Below, piece after piece: positions 48,977 to 58,713 of a DNA stretch of 64,000 nt. This DNA comes from an uncultured Gemmatimonadales bacterium (lineage in GTDB: Bacteria; Gemmatimonadota; Gemmatimonadetes; Longimicrobiales; RSA9). Below the pieces are notes generated by a model. It worked only from the letters and a program-made list of their open reading frames with translations. It was not told the origin of the DNA and did not search any database. The stretch is from assembly GCA_963798845.1 (NCBI GenBank), contig CAWCUS010000006.1, positions 96,001-160,000 on the forward strand. The letters are read 5' to 3'. Both the position numbers and the translations under genes were made by a program. Positions within the stretch are counted from its first letter, which is position 1; every line of letters begins with the position of its first letter.

Positions 48977-49321
48977 TCACCGGGCCAGCATCGGGCCCAG
49001 CGGCTTGCCGCCCAGGATGTGCATGTGGAGGTGAGCCACCTCCTGCCCGGCATGCGCGTTCGTGTTCACGATGAGCCGGAATCCGTCTTCCGCCACTCCC
49101 TCCTTCTCGGCGAGCTTCCGGGCCACCGTGAACATCCGGCCGAGCGCCGCCTCGTGGCGCGCTTCCACGTCCGCGACCGAGGCAACGGGCTCGTTCGGCA
49201 CGATGAGCACGTGCACGGGGGCCTGGGGGTTGATGTCGCGAAACGCCGTCACCAGCTCGTCCCGGTAGAGGACGTCCGCGTCGATCTCCCCCCGGACGAT
49301 CTTCCCGAAAATCGTGTCCAC
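48977..49321 (-). CDS. Histidine triad nucleotide-binding protein (HinT-like)
   Basis: [18 protein letters not shown] and [21 protein letters not shown] before GTG. Confidence 0.92.
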   Translation of the reverse strand: MDTIFGKIVRGEIDADVLYRDELVTAFRDINPQAPVHVLIVPNEPVASVADVEARHEAALGRMFTVARKLAEKEGVAEDGFRLIVNTNAHAGQEVAHLHMHILGGKPLGPMLAR

Positions 49322-49489
49322 TCCCCTCCTCCGCGCTGCGATGGGCATCGTTCCACGCCTTCGGAAACTACGTCCCGCCGACGGACCCGCACACCCGCGT
49401 GCCGCCAGATTCTCGCGTTCCGGTCCGCTCCCCCCACCGCCGCTCCGGGCTTTGACCTTTCCCTCACTCCCGCCTACGTTGCGCGTCCC

Positions 49490-50641
49490 ATGGACTGGAA
49501 TCAGTGGCGCGGCGAGTTCACGATCCTCGCCCGGACGACGTACCTGAACTCCTGCTCCCTCGGCGCACTCTCCCGCCGGGCCGAGCGACGCCTGGGGACG
49601 TTCCTGGACGAGTGGCACACGTTCGGCGCCTCCGCCTGGTACGAGGTCTGGATGGGACGCCTCGCGGAGCTCCGCGGGCGCGTGGCCAGGATGCTCAACG
49701 CGGACCCTGGCGACATCGCGCTCTCCGCTTCCGTCTCCGCCGCGCTCTCGGTAGTGGCGTCCGCGGTGGACTACGGGCGCCGGCGAAGGGTGGTGTGCGC
49801 GGAGCTCGACTTCCCCACCGTCGCCTACCAGTGGCTGGCCCGTCCCGGCGTCGAGGTGGTGCGCGTGCGCTCCGATGACGGCGCGACCATCGATCTCCAG
49901 CGCTGGGCGGACGCCCTGAGCGACGACACTGCGGTCGTCGCCACCAGCCACGTCTTCTTCAGCACTGGCGCGATCCAGGACATCCGGGCGCTCGCCGACC
50001 TCGCCCACGCCCGCGGCGCGCTGTTCGTCGTGGATGCGTACCAGAGCGCCGGTCAGCTGCCGGTCGACGTCCGCGCCGCCGACGTGGACGTGCTGATCAC
50101 GGGGCCGCTGAAGTGGCTGCTCGGCGGGCCCGGCCTCGCCTACACCTACATCCGCCCCGATCTCCAGGCCACGCTCACGCCGACCACCGCCGGGTGGTGG
50201 GGTGCCGACGACCAGTTCGCTTTCGATATCGAGGCGTTCGCCTTCAAGCCGGACGCCCGCCGATTCGAGCTTGGTACGCCCGCGCTCCACACCGTGCACA
50301 CCGCTCTGGGCGGTCAGGAGATCGTGGACGAGATCGGCGTCTCCCGGATCCGCGAGCGGAACCGCACCCTCACCGGCCGACTCGTCGACAGCGCTCTCGA
50401 CGCAGGATTCCGGCTGCGCGTGGCGCCGGACCCCGCCGCCCGCTCGGCCATCGTGATGATCGGCCACGACCACCCGCACCGCGCGGTGGAGGCGCTGGCG
50501 GCGGACGGAATCATCGTGGACGCACGGCCGGGCCACGTCCGCGTCTCCCCGCACTTCTACAACACCGAGGACGAGGTGGACCGGGTGGTCGCGTCGCTGC
50601 GCGCCGTCGGCGTCACCGGCGCGCGCCGAGGATCGACGTGA
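49490..50641 (+). CDS. Class V PLP aminotransferase (kynureninase/cysteine desulfurase-like)
   Basis: [24 protein letters not shown] and RVSPHFYN motifs. Confidence 0.88.
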   Translation: MDWNQWRGEFTILARTTYLNSCSLGALSRRAERRLGTFLDEWHTFGASAWYEVWMGRLAELRGRVARMLNADPGDIALSASVSAALSVVASAVDYGRRRRVVCAELDFPTVAYQWLARPGVEVVRVRSDDGATIDLQRWADALSDDTAVVATSHVFFSTGAIQDIRALADLAHARGALFVVDAYQSAGQLPVDVRAADVDVLITGPLKWLLGGPGLAYTYIRPDLQATLTPTTAGWWGADDQFAFDIEAFAFKPDARRFELGTPALHTVHTALGGQEIVDEIGVSRIRERNRTLTGRLVDSALDAGFRLRVAPDPAARSAIVMIGHDHPHRAVEALAADGIIVDARPGHVRVSPHFYNTEDEVDRVVASLRAVGVTGARRGST

Positions 50642-51009
50642 ACGGCTCCCGTACCGGCGACGGGGAAGGCGCCGCCCATGCCAGGGAGCTGACCCTTCGC
50701 GACGCACAGGCGGCCGTGGACGGCTGGATCTCGGGCTTCGAGGAAGGCTACTGGCCGCCGCTCGCCAACCTGGCCAGGCTGATCGAGGAGGTGGGCGAGC
50801 TCGCCCGGGAGATCAACCACCGGTACGGGAGCAAGCCCAGGAAGGCGGACGAGCCCGCCGGCGACCTCGCCCTGGAGCTCGGCGACACCCTCTTCGTCCT
50901 CATTGCCATTGCCAACGAGCAGGGCATCGACCTGGACGAGGCGCTCGGGCGGGTACTGGAGAAGTACGGGGTGCGGGACGCGGAACGGTGGAGGCGGAGG
51001 CCTCGCTGA
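50638..51009 (+). CDS. MazG-like nucleotide pyrophosphohydrolase (YpjD-like)
   Basis: [12 protein letters not shown]...ELGD motif. Confidence 0.88.
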   Translation: MNGSRTGDGEGAAHARELTLRDAQAAVDGWISGFEEGYWPPLANLARLIEEVGELAREINHRYGSKPRKADEPAGDLALELGDTLFVLIAIANEQGIDLDEALGRVLEKYGVRDAERWRRRPR

Positions 51010-51039
51010 GGCTCGGTCTTGCGGCCGAGCGCCCCCCGC

Positions 51040-51609
51040 CTACGACCGCAGCCATCGCCGGTAAAAGTCCCACGCGACGATGCCGTAGGCATCCGCAAAC
51101 CGCCCGTCCGCGATCATCGCGTCGATTTCGCCCGGATCGGCTTCCCGCGGGCGGATGAACTCGCCCGGGTCCTGGTGCGGCCGCCCGACAGGGCGGCAGT
51201 CGATCACGAGCACGATGTGGAGCCGATTGTTCTGGAGAGCGGCGTTCGGTTGCACCTCACCGATCACCTTCCCGGACCGGCCCCGCCGCCCCGTCTCCTC
51301 CTCGAGCTCCCGCTCCGCGCACCGCACGGGCGTCTCGCCCTCCTCTACCAGCCCTGCGGGGAACTCGGTGGTCACCGTGCGGGTGCCGTGGCGGTACTGC
51401 TCCACCATGACGAACCGGCCCGCCGGCGTGAGCGCGATGACCTGCACCCAGTCGGGCATTTCCAGGACGTAGAAGTCCCGGACCTCGCCATCCGCCGGCG
51501 AGCGCGACCAGTCCCGCCGGACGCGAAAATGCCGGAAATCGCCGGCCGCCTCCGACCGCTCCAGCGGCCAGGCCAGCGACTCCCGGCTTTCCGCCGGGGG
51601 TTCGTCCAT
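51040..51609 (-). CDS. NUDIX hydrolase (ADP-ribose pyrophosphatase-like)
   Basis: Nudix box PAGLVEEGE....AERELEEETG. Confidence 0.88.
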   Translation of the reverse strand: MDEPPAESRESLAWPLERSEAAGDFRHFRVRRDWSRSPADGEVRDFYVLEMPDWVQVIALTPAGRFVMVEQYRHGTRTVTTEFPAGLVEEGETPVRCAERELEEETGRRGRSGKVIGEVQPNAALQNNRLHIVLVIDCRPVGRPHQDPGEFIRPREADPGEIDAMIADGRFADAYGIVAWDFYRRWLRS

Positions 51610-51755
51610 CTCCAGAAGAGGAACGAAAGCACCAGGATCACGATGCCGACCACCAGAATGAGCCATGCGGCGGTGCGCAGCGCGCCGACGACGCCGGTGA
51701 ATCCGAGCAGAGCCACCAGGATCACGACGATGGCGATGATCAGTAACAGGTTCAT
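51372..51755 (-). CDS. Small 2-TM protein (DUF1328-like) whose frame runs on into the NUDIX gene
   Basis: AGGAG SD; MNLLLIIAIVVILVALLGFTGVVGALRTAAWLILVVGIVILVLSFLF, then a low-complexity tail. Confidence 0.55.
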   Translation of the reverse strand: MNLLLIIAIVVILVALLGFTGVVGALRTAAWLILVVGIVILVLSFLFWRWTNPRRKAGSRWPGRWSGRRRPAISGIFASGGTGRARRRMARSGTSTSWKCPTGCRSSRSRRRAGSSWWSSTATAPAR

Positions 51756-51826
51756 GCGAGGTCTCCTGGTCGAAGTTTGCCGTACCTTGGGCAGCATTCG
51801 TGCCACTGCTGCGCCCCGGACGCGGA

Positions 51827-52849
51827 TTACGGAACCAGCACGATGGACCCGAAGGCCTTGCCCTCTTCCAGGCGCGCATGGGCATCCGCAGCCCGGTCGA
51901 GCGGCCAGGAAACGTCGACGACCGGGCGCAGGTCGCCGGCGAACACGCGGTCCATCGCGGCCCTGAACTCTGCGGGGGAGGACATGGTGGTCCCGAGTAT
52001 CTCCAGCTGGCGCCAGAACAGCGTGCGGATGTCCAGGGTGCCGGCCGTCCCGGTCGTCGCCCCGTACACCACCATGCGCCCATGCCGTCCCAGTGAGCGC
52101 ACGTTCTGCCCGAACGTGGCCTCGCCCACGGAGTCGAAGATCACGTCCACGCCCCGCTTCCCCGTGTCCCTCCACAGCGTGCGGCCGTAGTCTCCGTCGA
52201 GGCGGTCGTACACCACGTCCGCGCCCAGCGCTTTCACGCGCTCCACCCACCGCGACGAAGTGACGGCGTACACACGCGCGCCCACCAGGTGGGCGATCTG
52301 CACCGCAGCCGTTCCGACGCCGCCCGAGGCGCCCGTGACCAGCACGCTCTCCCCGGCCTTCAGCCGGCCGCGGGTGAGCAGGCCGCGCCACGCGGTGAGG
52401 AAGACCAGCGGTGCCGCGGCGGCCTCCTCGAAGGCCACGTGGTCGGGGATCCTGTAGAGGTTGCGGGCAGGGACGACCACGCACTCGGCGAATCCGCCCT
52501 GCGTGTGCTCCCCGAGGATGCGGAAGCCGTCGCAGAGCGGCTCCTCCCCCTCCCGGCACCAGTCGCACGTGCCGCACGAGAGCGTCGGGTTGGCCACGAC
52601 CCGCTCGCCACCCCGCCACTCCCGGACACCCCGCCCGACCGCCTCCACGGTGCCGGCCACGTCGGCGCCCCCGATGTGCGGCATCACGGTCTCCACGGGG
52701 AGTCCGCGCCGCACCCACAGGTCCAGGTGGTTCATTCCGCTCGCACCCACACGGATCCGGACCTCGCCGGGCCCCGGCTCCGGCGCCTCCACCTCCCGGA
52801 CCCGGACCACCTCAGGGCCCCCGTGCTCATCGAAAATCGCCGCGCGCAT
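51827..52849 (-). CDS. Zinc-binding alcohol dehydrogenase / quinone reductase (MDR family)
   Basis: NHLDLW, CGTCDWC..C and GASGGVG motifs. Confidence 0.9.
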   Translation of the reverse strand: MRAAIFDEHGGPEVVRVREVEAPEPGPGEVRIRVGASGMNHLDLWVRRGLPVETVMPHIGGADVAGTVEAVGRGVREWRGGERVVANPTLSCGTCDWCREGEEPLCDGFRILGEHTQGGFAECVVVPARNLYRIPDHVAFEEAAAAPLVFLTAWRGLLTRGRLKAGESVLVTGASGGVGTAAVQIAHLVGARVYAVTSSRWVERVKALGADVVYDRLDGDYGRTLWRDTGKRGVDVIFDSVGEATFGQNVRSLGRHGRMVVYGATTGTAGTLDIRTLFWRQLEILGTTMSSPAEFRAAMDRVFAGDLRPVVDVSWPLDRAADAHARLEEGKAFGSIVLVP

Positions 52850-52995
52850 GCTACCCCTTTCCCGGTCTGGATCGGCGATGATCGTAGGGGGGCGGCAACG
52901 GTCGGGCCAGAGCTGTCGCAGACCCACGGCTCCCGACCGCATGCCGGCATTCCGCCCCGTAGCCGCAAGCGGTGCATTCCCATTACTTTCCCGCC

Positions 52996-53457
52996 ATGAT
53001 CGGACCGGACCCCAGCGAGATCCTTCGGCGCCTGGAGCGGGCGGCCGCGCGCGACGCCGCCGAGCGCTCGGCGACGGAAGCGGAAGCGGTCCCGGACCTG
53101 GTCCGGCAGCTTGGAGGGGAGGGGGCCGGGCACCCGGCGCCGGACGTGACCTTTGCCGGCTACGTGGAGACCCACGAGCGAGTGCCGGCATTCGAAGGGT
53201 CGGACGGGCAGCCGTATACGGTGGACGTGGACACGGAGCAGACGGGGGATCCTGACCGGCCCTGGGCCGGTTTCCTGGTCTTCCTCCGCTGGGCGGCCAC
53301 GGGGGCGGGGATCATGGGACACGTGACGTCGGACGATGTGGCCCACGGACGGACGGAGGAGGACGCCCGGGCGGCGGTGCTCGGGTTGACCCTGTATGAA
53401 CTCAAGGAAGAGCTCGACCGCGCCATCGACCGGAAGCGCGAGCTGCTGGAGGAATAG
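52996..53457 (+). CDS. Hypothetical protein
   Basis: Protein-like composition (PAFEGSDGQPYTV, FLRWA); directly upstream of the ProDH gene. Confidence 0.7.
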   Translation: MIGPDPSEILRRLERAAARDAAERSATEAEAVPDLVRQLGGEGAGHPAPDVTFAGYVETHERVPAFEGSDGQPYTVDVDTEQTGDPDRPWAGFLVFLRWAATGAGIMGHVTSDDVAHGRTEEDARAAVLGLTLYELKEELDRAIDRKRELLEE

Positions 53458-55050
53458 ATGCTGAGAGAAGTGCTGCTGTTCATGAGCGGAAGCGCGGTGG
53501 CGCGCAGCTTCGTGACGCACGCGCCGTTCGCGCGCACCGTCGCCCGCCGCTTCGTGGCTGGCGAGACGCTGGACGAGGCCGTGAGTGCGGCGAGGGAGCT
53601 GAACGCGGCGGGGAACACGGTGACGCTGGACTACCTCGGCGAGTCGGTGAGCGACCGCTCCGAGGCGCGCGCGGCCGCGGACACCTACCTGCGCATGCTG
53701 GACCGGATCGTGGCCGAGCAGCTCGACGCCAACGTGTCGCTGAAGCTGACCCAGATGGGCCAGGACATCGACCCCGAGTTCCTGCGCGAGAACGTGGGGC
53801 GCCTCCTGGACCGCGCCGCCGAGAGCGACAGGTTCGTGCGCTTCGACATGGAATCCAGCGCCTACACGCAGCGCACGCTCGACTTCGCGGACCGGCTGTG
53901 GACCCATGATGGTCGGCGCAATCTCGGGATCGTGCTGCAGTCGATGTTGAAGCGGACGGACGCCGACGTCCATTGGGCTATCGAGCGGGGCATAGGGGTC
54001 CGCCTCTGCAAAGGCGCGTACATGGAGCCAGAAAGCGTGGCGTTCCAGGACAAGAAGGACGTGGACGCCAGCTTCCTGCGCTGCATGGAGCTGCTGCTCG
54101 AGCACGGCACGTACCCGGGAATCGCCACGCACGACGAGCGCATCATCAGCGCGACGCGCGACTACGCACGCGCCCACGAAATCGCGCCCGACCGCTTCGA
54201 GTTCCAGATGCTCTACGGGATCCGACGCGACCTGCAGCGGCAGCTGATCCAGGAAGGGTGGCGCCTGCGCGTCTACGTGGGCTTCGGCAACGCCTGGTAC
54301 CCGTACTTCATGCGGCGCCTGGCCGAGCGGCCGGCCAACGTGATCTTCGTGGCCAAGAACATTTCCGCGGCTGACGCTGGGATCGTGGCAGGAACGCTCC
54401 GGGTCACCGAGATCTTCCACTCCATCCAGGGCGAGAGCACCTGGATCGGCCTCCCCTGCACGTTCGTGCGCCTGACCGGGTGTCCGCTCCGGTGCGTGTG
54501 GTGCGACACGGAGTACGCATTCCACGGAGGCGAGAAGATGTCGCTCGACGAGATCGTCGCGCGCGTGGCCGGGATCGGTACCCCGTTGGTCGAGGTCACC
54601 GGCGGGGAGCCCCTGGTGCACCGCAACGCCTTCGCGCTGGTCGAGCGGCTCCTGGACCGCGGCTACACCGTCCTCGTGGAGACTTCCGGAGCGCTCGACG
54701 TGGGTCCGCTCGATCCACGGGCGCACAAGATCATGGACCTGAAGTGCCCGGGCTCCGGGGAGTCGTCGAAGAACCTCTGGTCCAACCTGGACCACCTCAC
54801 GGGCCGGGACGAGCTCAAGTTCGTGATCCGTGACCGCGCAGACTACGAGTGGGCCAGGGAGGTCATACGGGAGCGGGGGCTGGACGCCCGGCTCGCCCAC
54901 CGGTCGCTGCGGGCCATCCTCCTCTCCCCTGTCTGGGACGGGCTGGGCCTGGAGGATCTCGCCCGCTGGATCCTGGAGGACCGTCTTCCGGTCCGCTTCC
55001 AGGTCCAGCTCCACAAGGTGATCTGGGGACCGGGCGTACCCGGGGTCTGA
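53458..55050 (+). CDS. queE: Proline dehydrogenase fused in frame to 7-carboxy-7-deazaguanine synthase (QueE)
   Basis: ProDH part: RFVAGE, DME, RLCKGAY, ATHD, YFMRRLAERPAN. QueE part from about 54385: EIFHSIQGE, CPLRCVWCDT, TGGEP, QLHK. Confidence 0.85.
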   Translation: MLREVLLFMSGSAVARSFVTHAPFARTVARRFVAGETLDEAVSAARELNAAGNTVTLDYLGESVSDRSEARAAADTYLRMLDRIVAEQLDANVSLKLTQMGQDIDPEFLRENVGRLLDRAAESDRFVRFDMESSAYTQRTLDFADRLWTHDGRRNLGIVLQSMLKRTDADVHWAIERGIGVRLCKGAYMEPESVAFQDKKDVDASFLRCMELLLEHGTYPGIATHDERIISATRDYARAHEIAPDRFEFQMLYGIRRDLQRQLIQEGWRLRVYVGFGNAWYPYFMRRLAERPANVIFVAKNISAADAGIVAGTLRVTEIFHSIQGESTWIGLPCTFVRLTGCPLRCVWCDTEYAFHGGEKMSLDEIVARVAGIGTPLVEVTGGEPLVHRNAFALVERLLDRGYTVLVETSGALDVGPLDPRAHKIMDLKCPGSGESSKNLWSNLDHLTGRDELKFVIRDRADYEWAREVIRERGLDARLAHRSLRAILLSPVWDGLGLEDLARWILEDRLPVRFQVQLHKVIWGPGVPGV

Positions 55051-55067
55051 CGCCCCGGGCGAGCGGC

Positions 55068-57449
55068 TCAGAGCCCGGCGCCAGGATCGAACGGCGACGC
55101 TGCGGGACAGGCCCCGAGAGCTGGTCCCGCGTCCAGCGGCGAGGCGTGCATGTCCGGCCGCCCCATGGCTTCGACGGTCGCCATGAGCGGCGTGAACGCC
55201 GCGACAACCGCCGGCGAAGGCGCCGCGTCCACCTCGTGCCCCTCCAGCGTCCCCTCGGCCCACCGCCCTCCCGCCGGCCCCAGCAGCTGCGCCGCGAGCG
55301 AGACCACGAGGCCCCGCGCGCGCGCGCTCGCCACGTCCGCCACCACGCGCCGCCGCGCGTCGAGCGTGCCGTCTCCGTAATCGGTGACGGCGCAGCGGCC
55401 CTCGACGGAGGCGAGCACGGAATCGCGGACGGACTCGAGCCTGTCCAGCTGCACCACCACGGACGCCATCCGGGCGAGCATGGGCGCAGGTGGCCCGGGG
55501 GCGGGCGCGCTGTCCGGGGGCGCCAGCACTCCCGTAAGCTCCTGATCGAGCAGGATTCCCGGCACCGGCGGCAGAGCGTCGGCGGACCCGCCCGACGGGT
55601 CGGGCAGAGGCGCCTCCAGGACCCGCCGCGCCAGGTCGTACGCCGTGGGCGAGCGCATGCGGCCGTAGCTCTGCAGGAACCAGCGCCGCGTCTCCGAGTA
55701 CACGGGCGCCACGTTGTCCAGCAGGGTGATCAGCGCCTGCCCCGCGCGCCCGGTCACGTCCGGCGGGCGCACGGTGCCATACCCGGTCAGGTAATCGTCC
55801 TGGACCGAGGACAGGTAGCCGTTGATCCGACCTTCCCTGGCAAGCGACACCGCCACGAACCAGTCGACGCTCCGCGCGAAGACCTCCGCCGGGCGGGTGG
55901 CGTGGCTCTGCAGCGATCTGGTGTCCACGCCCGGTGCGAGCGAAGCGGTGGTCAGCCCGTCCAGCGCCCGGGCAAAGCGGCCGTCCGCCAGGCGCACTGC
56001 GCGGTCTGTGGCGTAGTCGCCCCGGACGCGGTAGCGCCGGAGCGCCGTCTGCCAGTCCAGATCGTGCGCCACTTCATGGGCGATCGTTCCGGCCGCGGTT
56101 GCAGCGGGAAGGTACACGGTACGCGTGCGCGGATCGTGCACCGCGAGCGTCCCCGGGCTGCCGGGCCTCGCTTCGAACCGGACCTTCAGGCCACGCACGT
56201 CGAGCGACGGCATCACCCGCTGCAGGTCCGAAAGCGCGCTCTCCAGCATGCGTCGGTAGTACGGACGCCATGGCGCCGGCACTCCATCCGGGAACGACAC
56301 CGACGCCAGGCCGAAGCGGTCTTCCAGGTCACGGTCGGTGGGACCACCGAAGCCGGGGAACCACGGACGCTCCTGACCGTACGCCCGCATCGCCACCGCG
56401 GCCGACATCACCGCCAGTCGCTCCCCGGGTGAGGGCAGCGTGCGGTGCGAAAGCACAGCGTACTCCGCCGCCAGCTCCTCCTCGTTCAGGGCCCGGGCGA
56501 AGAACCGACCGTCCGGCCCCCCCTCGCGCGGGCGCCCCGTCGCGGCCGGATCGAACGGTGCGAGCGCCACCACCACCGGCGTCTCCGGCGGACCGCCGGA
56601 GTCTGCCGAAAGCTCCGAAAGACGCTCCGCCGCCGCCGCAGACAGCAGCGAGCGCTGCCTGGGCTCCGGCGCAGGGTTCAGCGGCCCCACCCGCGGCCGG
56701 TCGTGAATGGACCGGATCCCCTCGAGGAGCCGCGGCGCCAGCGCGATCGCCTCCCGCTCCGCATCCGCGGACACCGGCAGGATCGTGGGAGACTCCACCC
56801 GGAACCGGCGGTTCACCCGCCATACCGTCAGCAGTTTCAGCGGATCCGGCGCCGAATCCCCCTCCGCCACCTCCAGCAGGTGACGCGCATCCTTGCGGCT
56901 CACCACACGGTCCCGGAGAAGCGCGGTCGCATGCGCGGCACGCAGCGGAAGCGTCGCCGGGACCGTGCCCTCCGCCGCAGCCATCCCGAACGCCAGCCGC
57001 AGCGCCAGCTCCCCCGCATCGGGATCCGCCGCGCTTCCGATGGCCCCCTCGATCAGCTCCAGCTGCCGCGCGCCGGACTCCGGGTCTCCATCCACCGACA
57101 GCGTCCGCGGGTCCACACGGTACCCGGTCCCATCCAGCGCTCCCGCCATCAACGCCCACGCGAGCGCCTCCCGCTCCGGCTTCGCCAGTCGCGGATCCTC
57201 GAGCGCGTACTCCATCAGACGGAACGGGCTCCCCAGCCCCATGCGCGCCCGTTCCAGGTACCCCAGCTGGATCGCCTGCGCCGGACTGGCGGAAACGCGA
57301 GTCTGCGACACCAGCGCAGCGGCGTACCGACGCCCGCCATCGAGCTCCGCCCCCGCATCCCGGCCGAACGGCGCGGATTGCACAGGACCGCACGCCGTCA
57401 GCGTCGCCGCGGCGAGCAGCAGTGCGCGGGCTGCGCGGAGTCCCTTCAT
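55068..57449 (-). CDS. Hypothetical lipoprotein with HExxH zincin-like motif
   Basis: Lipobox LTAC; TIAHEVAHDLD and downstream PAEVFAR. Confidence 0.7.
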   Translation of the reverse strand: MKGLRAARALLLAAATLTACGPVQSAPFGRDAGAELDGGRRYAAALVSQTRVSASPAQAIQLGYLERARMGLGSPFRLMEYALEDPRLAKPEREALAWALMAGALDGTGYRVDPRTLSVDGDPESGARQLELIEGAIGSAADPDAGELALRLAFGMAAAEGTVPATLPLRAAHATALLRDRVVSRKDARHLLEVAEGDSAPDPLKLLTVWRVNRRFRVESPTILPVSADAEREAIALAPRLLEGIRSIHDRPRVGPLNPAPEPRQRSLLSAAAAERLSELSADSGGPPETPVVVALAPFDPAATGRPREGGPDGRFFARALNEEELAAEYAVLSHRTLPSPGERLAVMSAAVAMRAYGQERPWFPGFGGPTDRDLEDRFGLASVSFPDGVPAPWRPYYRRMLESALSDLQRVMPSLDVRGLKVRFEARPGSPGTLAVHDPRTRTVYLPAATAAGTIAHEVAHDLDWQTALRRYRVRGDYATDRAVRLADGRFARALDGLTTASLAPGVDTRSLQSHATRPAEVFARSVDWFVAVSLAREGRINGYLSSVQDDYLTGYGTVRPPDVTGRAGQALITLLDNVAPVYSETRRWFLQSYGRMRSPTAYDLARRVLEAPLPDPSGGSADALPPVPGILLDQELTGVLAPPDSAPAPGPPAPMLARMASVVVQLDRLESVRDSVLASVEGRCAVTDYGDGTLDARRRVVADVASARARGLVVSLAAQLLGPAGGRWAEGTLEGHEVDAAPSPAVVAAFTPLMATVEAMGRPDMHASPLDAGPALGACPAASPFDPGAGL

Positions 57450-57543
57450 CGGGCTCTCCTCTCGAAAGCGGGCATGGGCCGGGCGTCCGGCGAGCGCCGG
57501 ACCCTATCAACATAAACAAATGTCGTCGGGCGCGGGAGGGACA

Positions 57544-57843
57544 TCACTCGGCCTCCTCCACGGCACGCCGAAGACGTGGCCAGGTCCAGCGGGCGTAGCG
57601 GAGGAAGTTCTCGCGCAGGTCGGGGCGTCGGGCGAGAAAGGCCCAGGCGGGGGCGCCGCCCTTTTCCGCGTTGCAGCGGCGGCAGCAGGTGACGAGGTTC
57701 CCCTGCGAGTGGTCTCCGCCCTTCACGCGCGGCTCGACGTGGTCCACGGTCAGCTCGGCCGGTTCGAACACCTGGCCGCAGTAAACGCAGCGGTTCCCGT
57801 CCCGCACGAAGATGCTGTCCCTCTTCGCCCCCGCCTTCGTCAT
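57544..57843 (-). CDS. Small HNH endonuclease (McrA-like)
   Basis: RDGNRCVYCG, LTVDHVEP..KGG and NLVTCCRRCN..K motifs. Confidence 0.9.
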   Translation of the reverse strand: MTKAGAKRDSIFVRDGNRCVYCGQVFEPAELTVDHVEPRVKGGDHSQGNLVTCCRRCNAEKGGAPAWAFLARRPDLRENFLRYARWTWPRLRRAVEEAE

Positions 57844-57975
57844 CGGCCACTCCTCGTTGCCGTCCGCTCCTCTTTAGATACCACGGCGCGGCGGAAATGC
57901 TCCGGGAGGTCCGCACGCGACGCGCCCGTGGCGTTCTCGACTTGTCGCTCTCCGGGATCGGGGCGAATATCCGCC

Positions 57976-58572
57976 ATGCTCTCCGACCCACGATTCCGCG
58001 CGCTCCGCGCGGCTCTCCAGGGCCGCGATGTGGCGCGCGGAGCAGCCAACCCGTCGCTGTCGCAGGCCGCGGTGCTGCTGGCGCTACGCGCGTCGCGCCC
58101 GCTCGAGCTGCTGCTGATCGAGCGGGCGGAGCAGGAGGGGGACCCGTGGTCGGGGCACATGGCGCTCCCGGGCGGACGCCGGTCCGCCAGCGATGTCGAC
58201 CTCATGGACACCGCGCTGCGGGAGACGGCCGAAGAAACGGCGATCGTGGTGCCGCGTCAGGCGGTGCTGGGTGAGCTGGACGAGGTGCGCCCGTCGTCGC
58301 GGCGGCGGTTCTCGATCACGGTCGCGGCCTTCGTGGCCGCCGTGCCGATGGGGACGGAAGCGGTGCCCTCGCCGGCGGAAGTGGAGAGCGCGCTCTGGGT
58401 TCCGCTTCCGTACCTGGCGAGCGACGCGGCGGTGGACGAGATCCTGATCGAGCTGGAAGACGGGTCTCGGGCGTTCCCCGCGCTGACATACCGGGAGCAC
58501 GTGATCTGGGGCCTGACGCATCGGATCCTGACCGGATTCATGGACGCGGCGAGGGCCGCCGGGCTGGTCTAG
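57976..58572 (+). CDS. CoA pyrophosphatase (NUDIX, NudL-like)
   Basis: AAVLL, WSGHMALPGG, ALRETAEE and IWGLT motifs. Confidence 0.88.
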   Translation: MLSDPRFRALRAALQGRDVARGAANPSLSQAAVLLALRASRPLELLLIERAEQEGDPWSGHMALPGGRRSASDVDLMDTALRETAEETAIVVPRQAVLGELDEVRPSSRRRFSITVAAFVAAVPMGTEAVPSPAEVESALWVPLPYLASDAAVDEILIELEDGSRAFPALTYREHVIWGLTHRILTGFMDAARAAGLV

Positions 58573-58580
58573 GACGGGGG

Positions 58581-58713
58581 GGTCCAGCGCCGAGCGGGTC
58601 CAACTCCGGGCTGATCCAGGATCGGCGGGGGTCCAGCGCCGAGCGGGTCCAACTCCGGGCTGATCCAGGACCGGCGGGGTCCAGCGCCGAGCGGGTCCAA
58701 CGCCGGGCCGATC
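58581..58713. repeat. About 2.7 x 48-49 bp intergenic tandem repeat
   Basis: Unit GGTCCAGCGCCGAGCGGGTCCAACTCCGGGCTGATCCAGGA[TC]CGGCGG starting at 58581, 58630 and 58678. Confidence 0.9.

Noticed and set aside
57544..57843. HNH gene as a defence system or Cas9/IscB-like nuclease
   Set aside because: Only 99 aa, no RuvC domain, no partner genes; housekeeping context.
58581..58713. Possible mini CRISPR array
   Set aside because: Units are contiguous with no unique spacers, and no cas genes are present.
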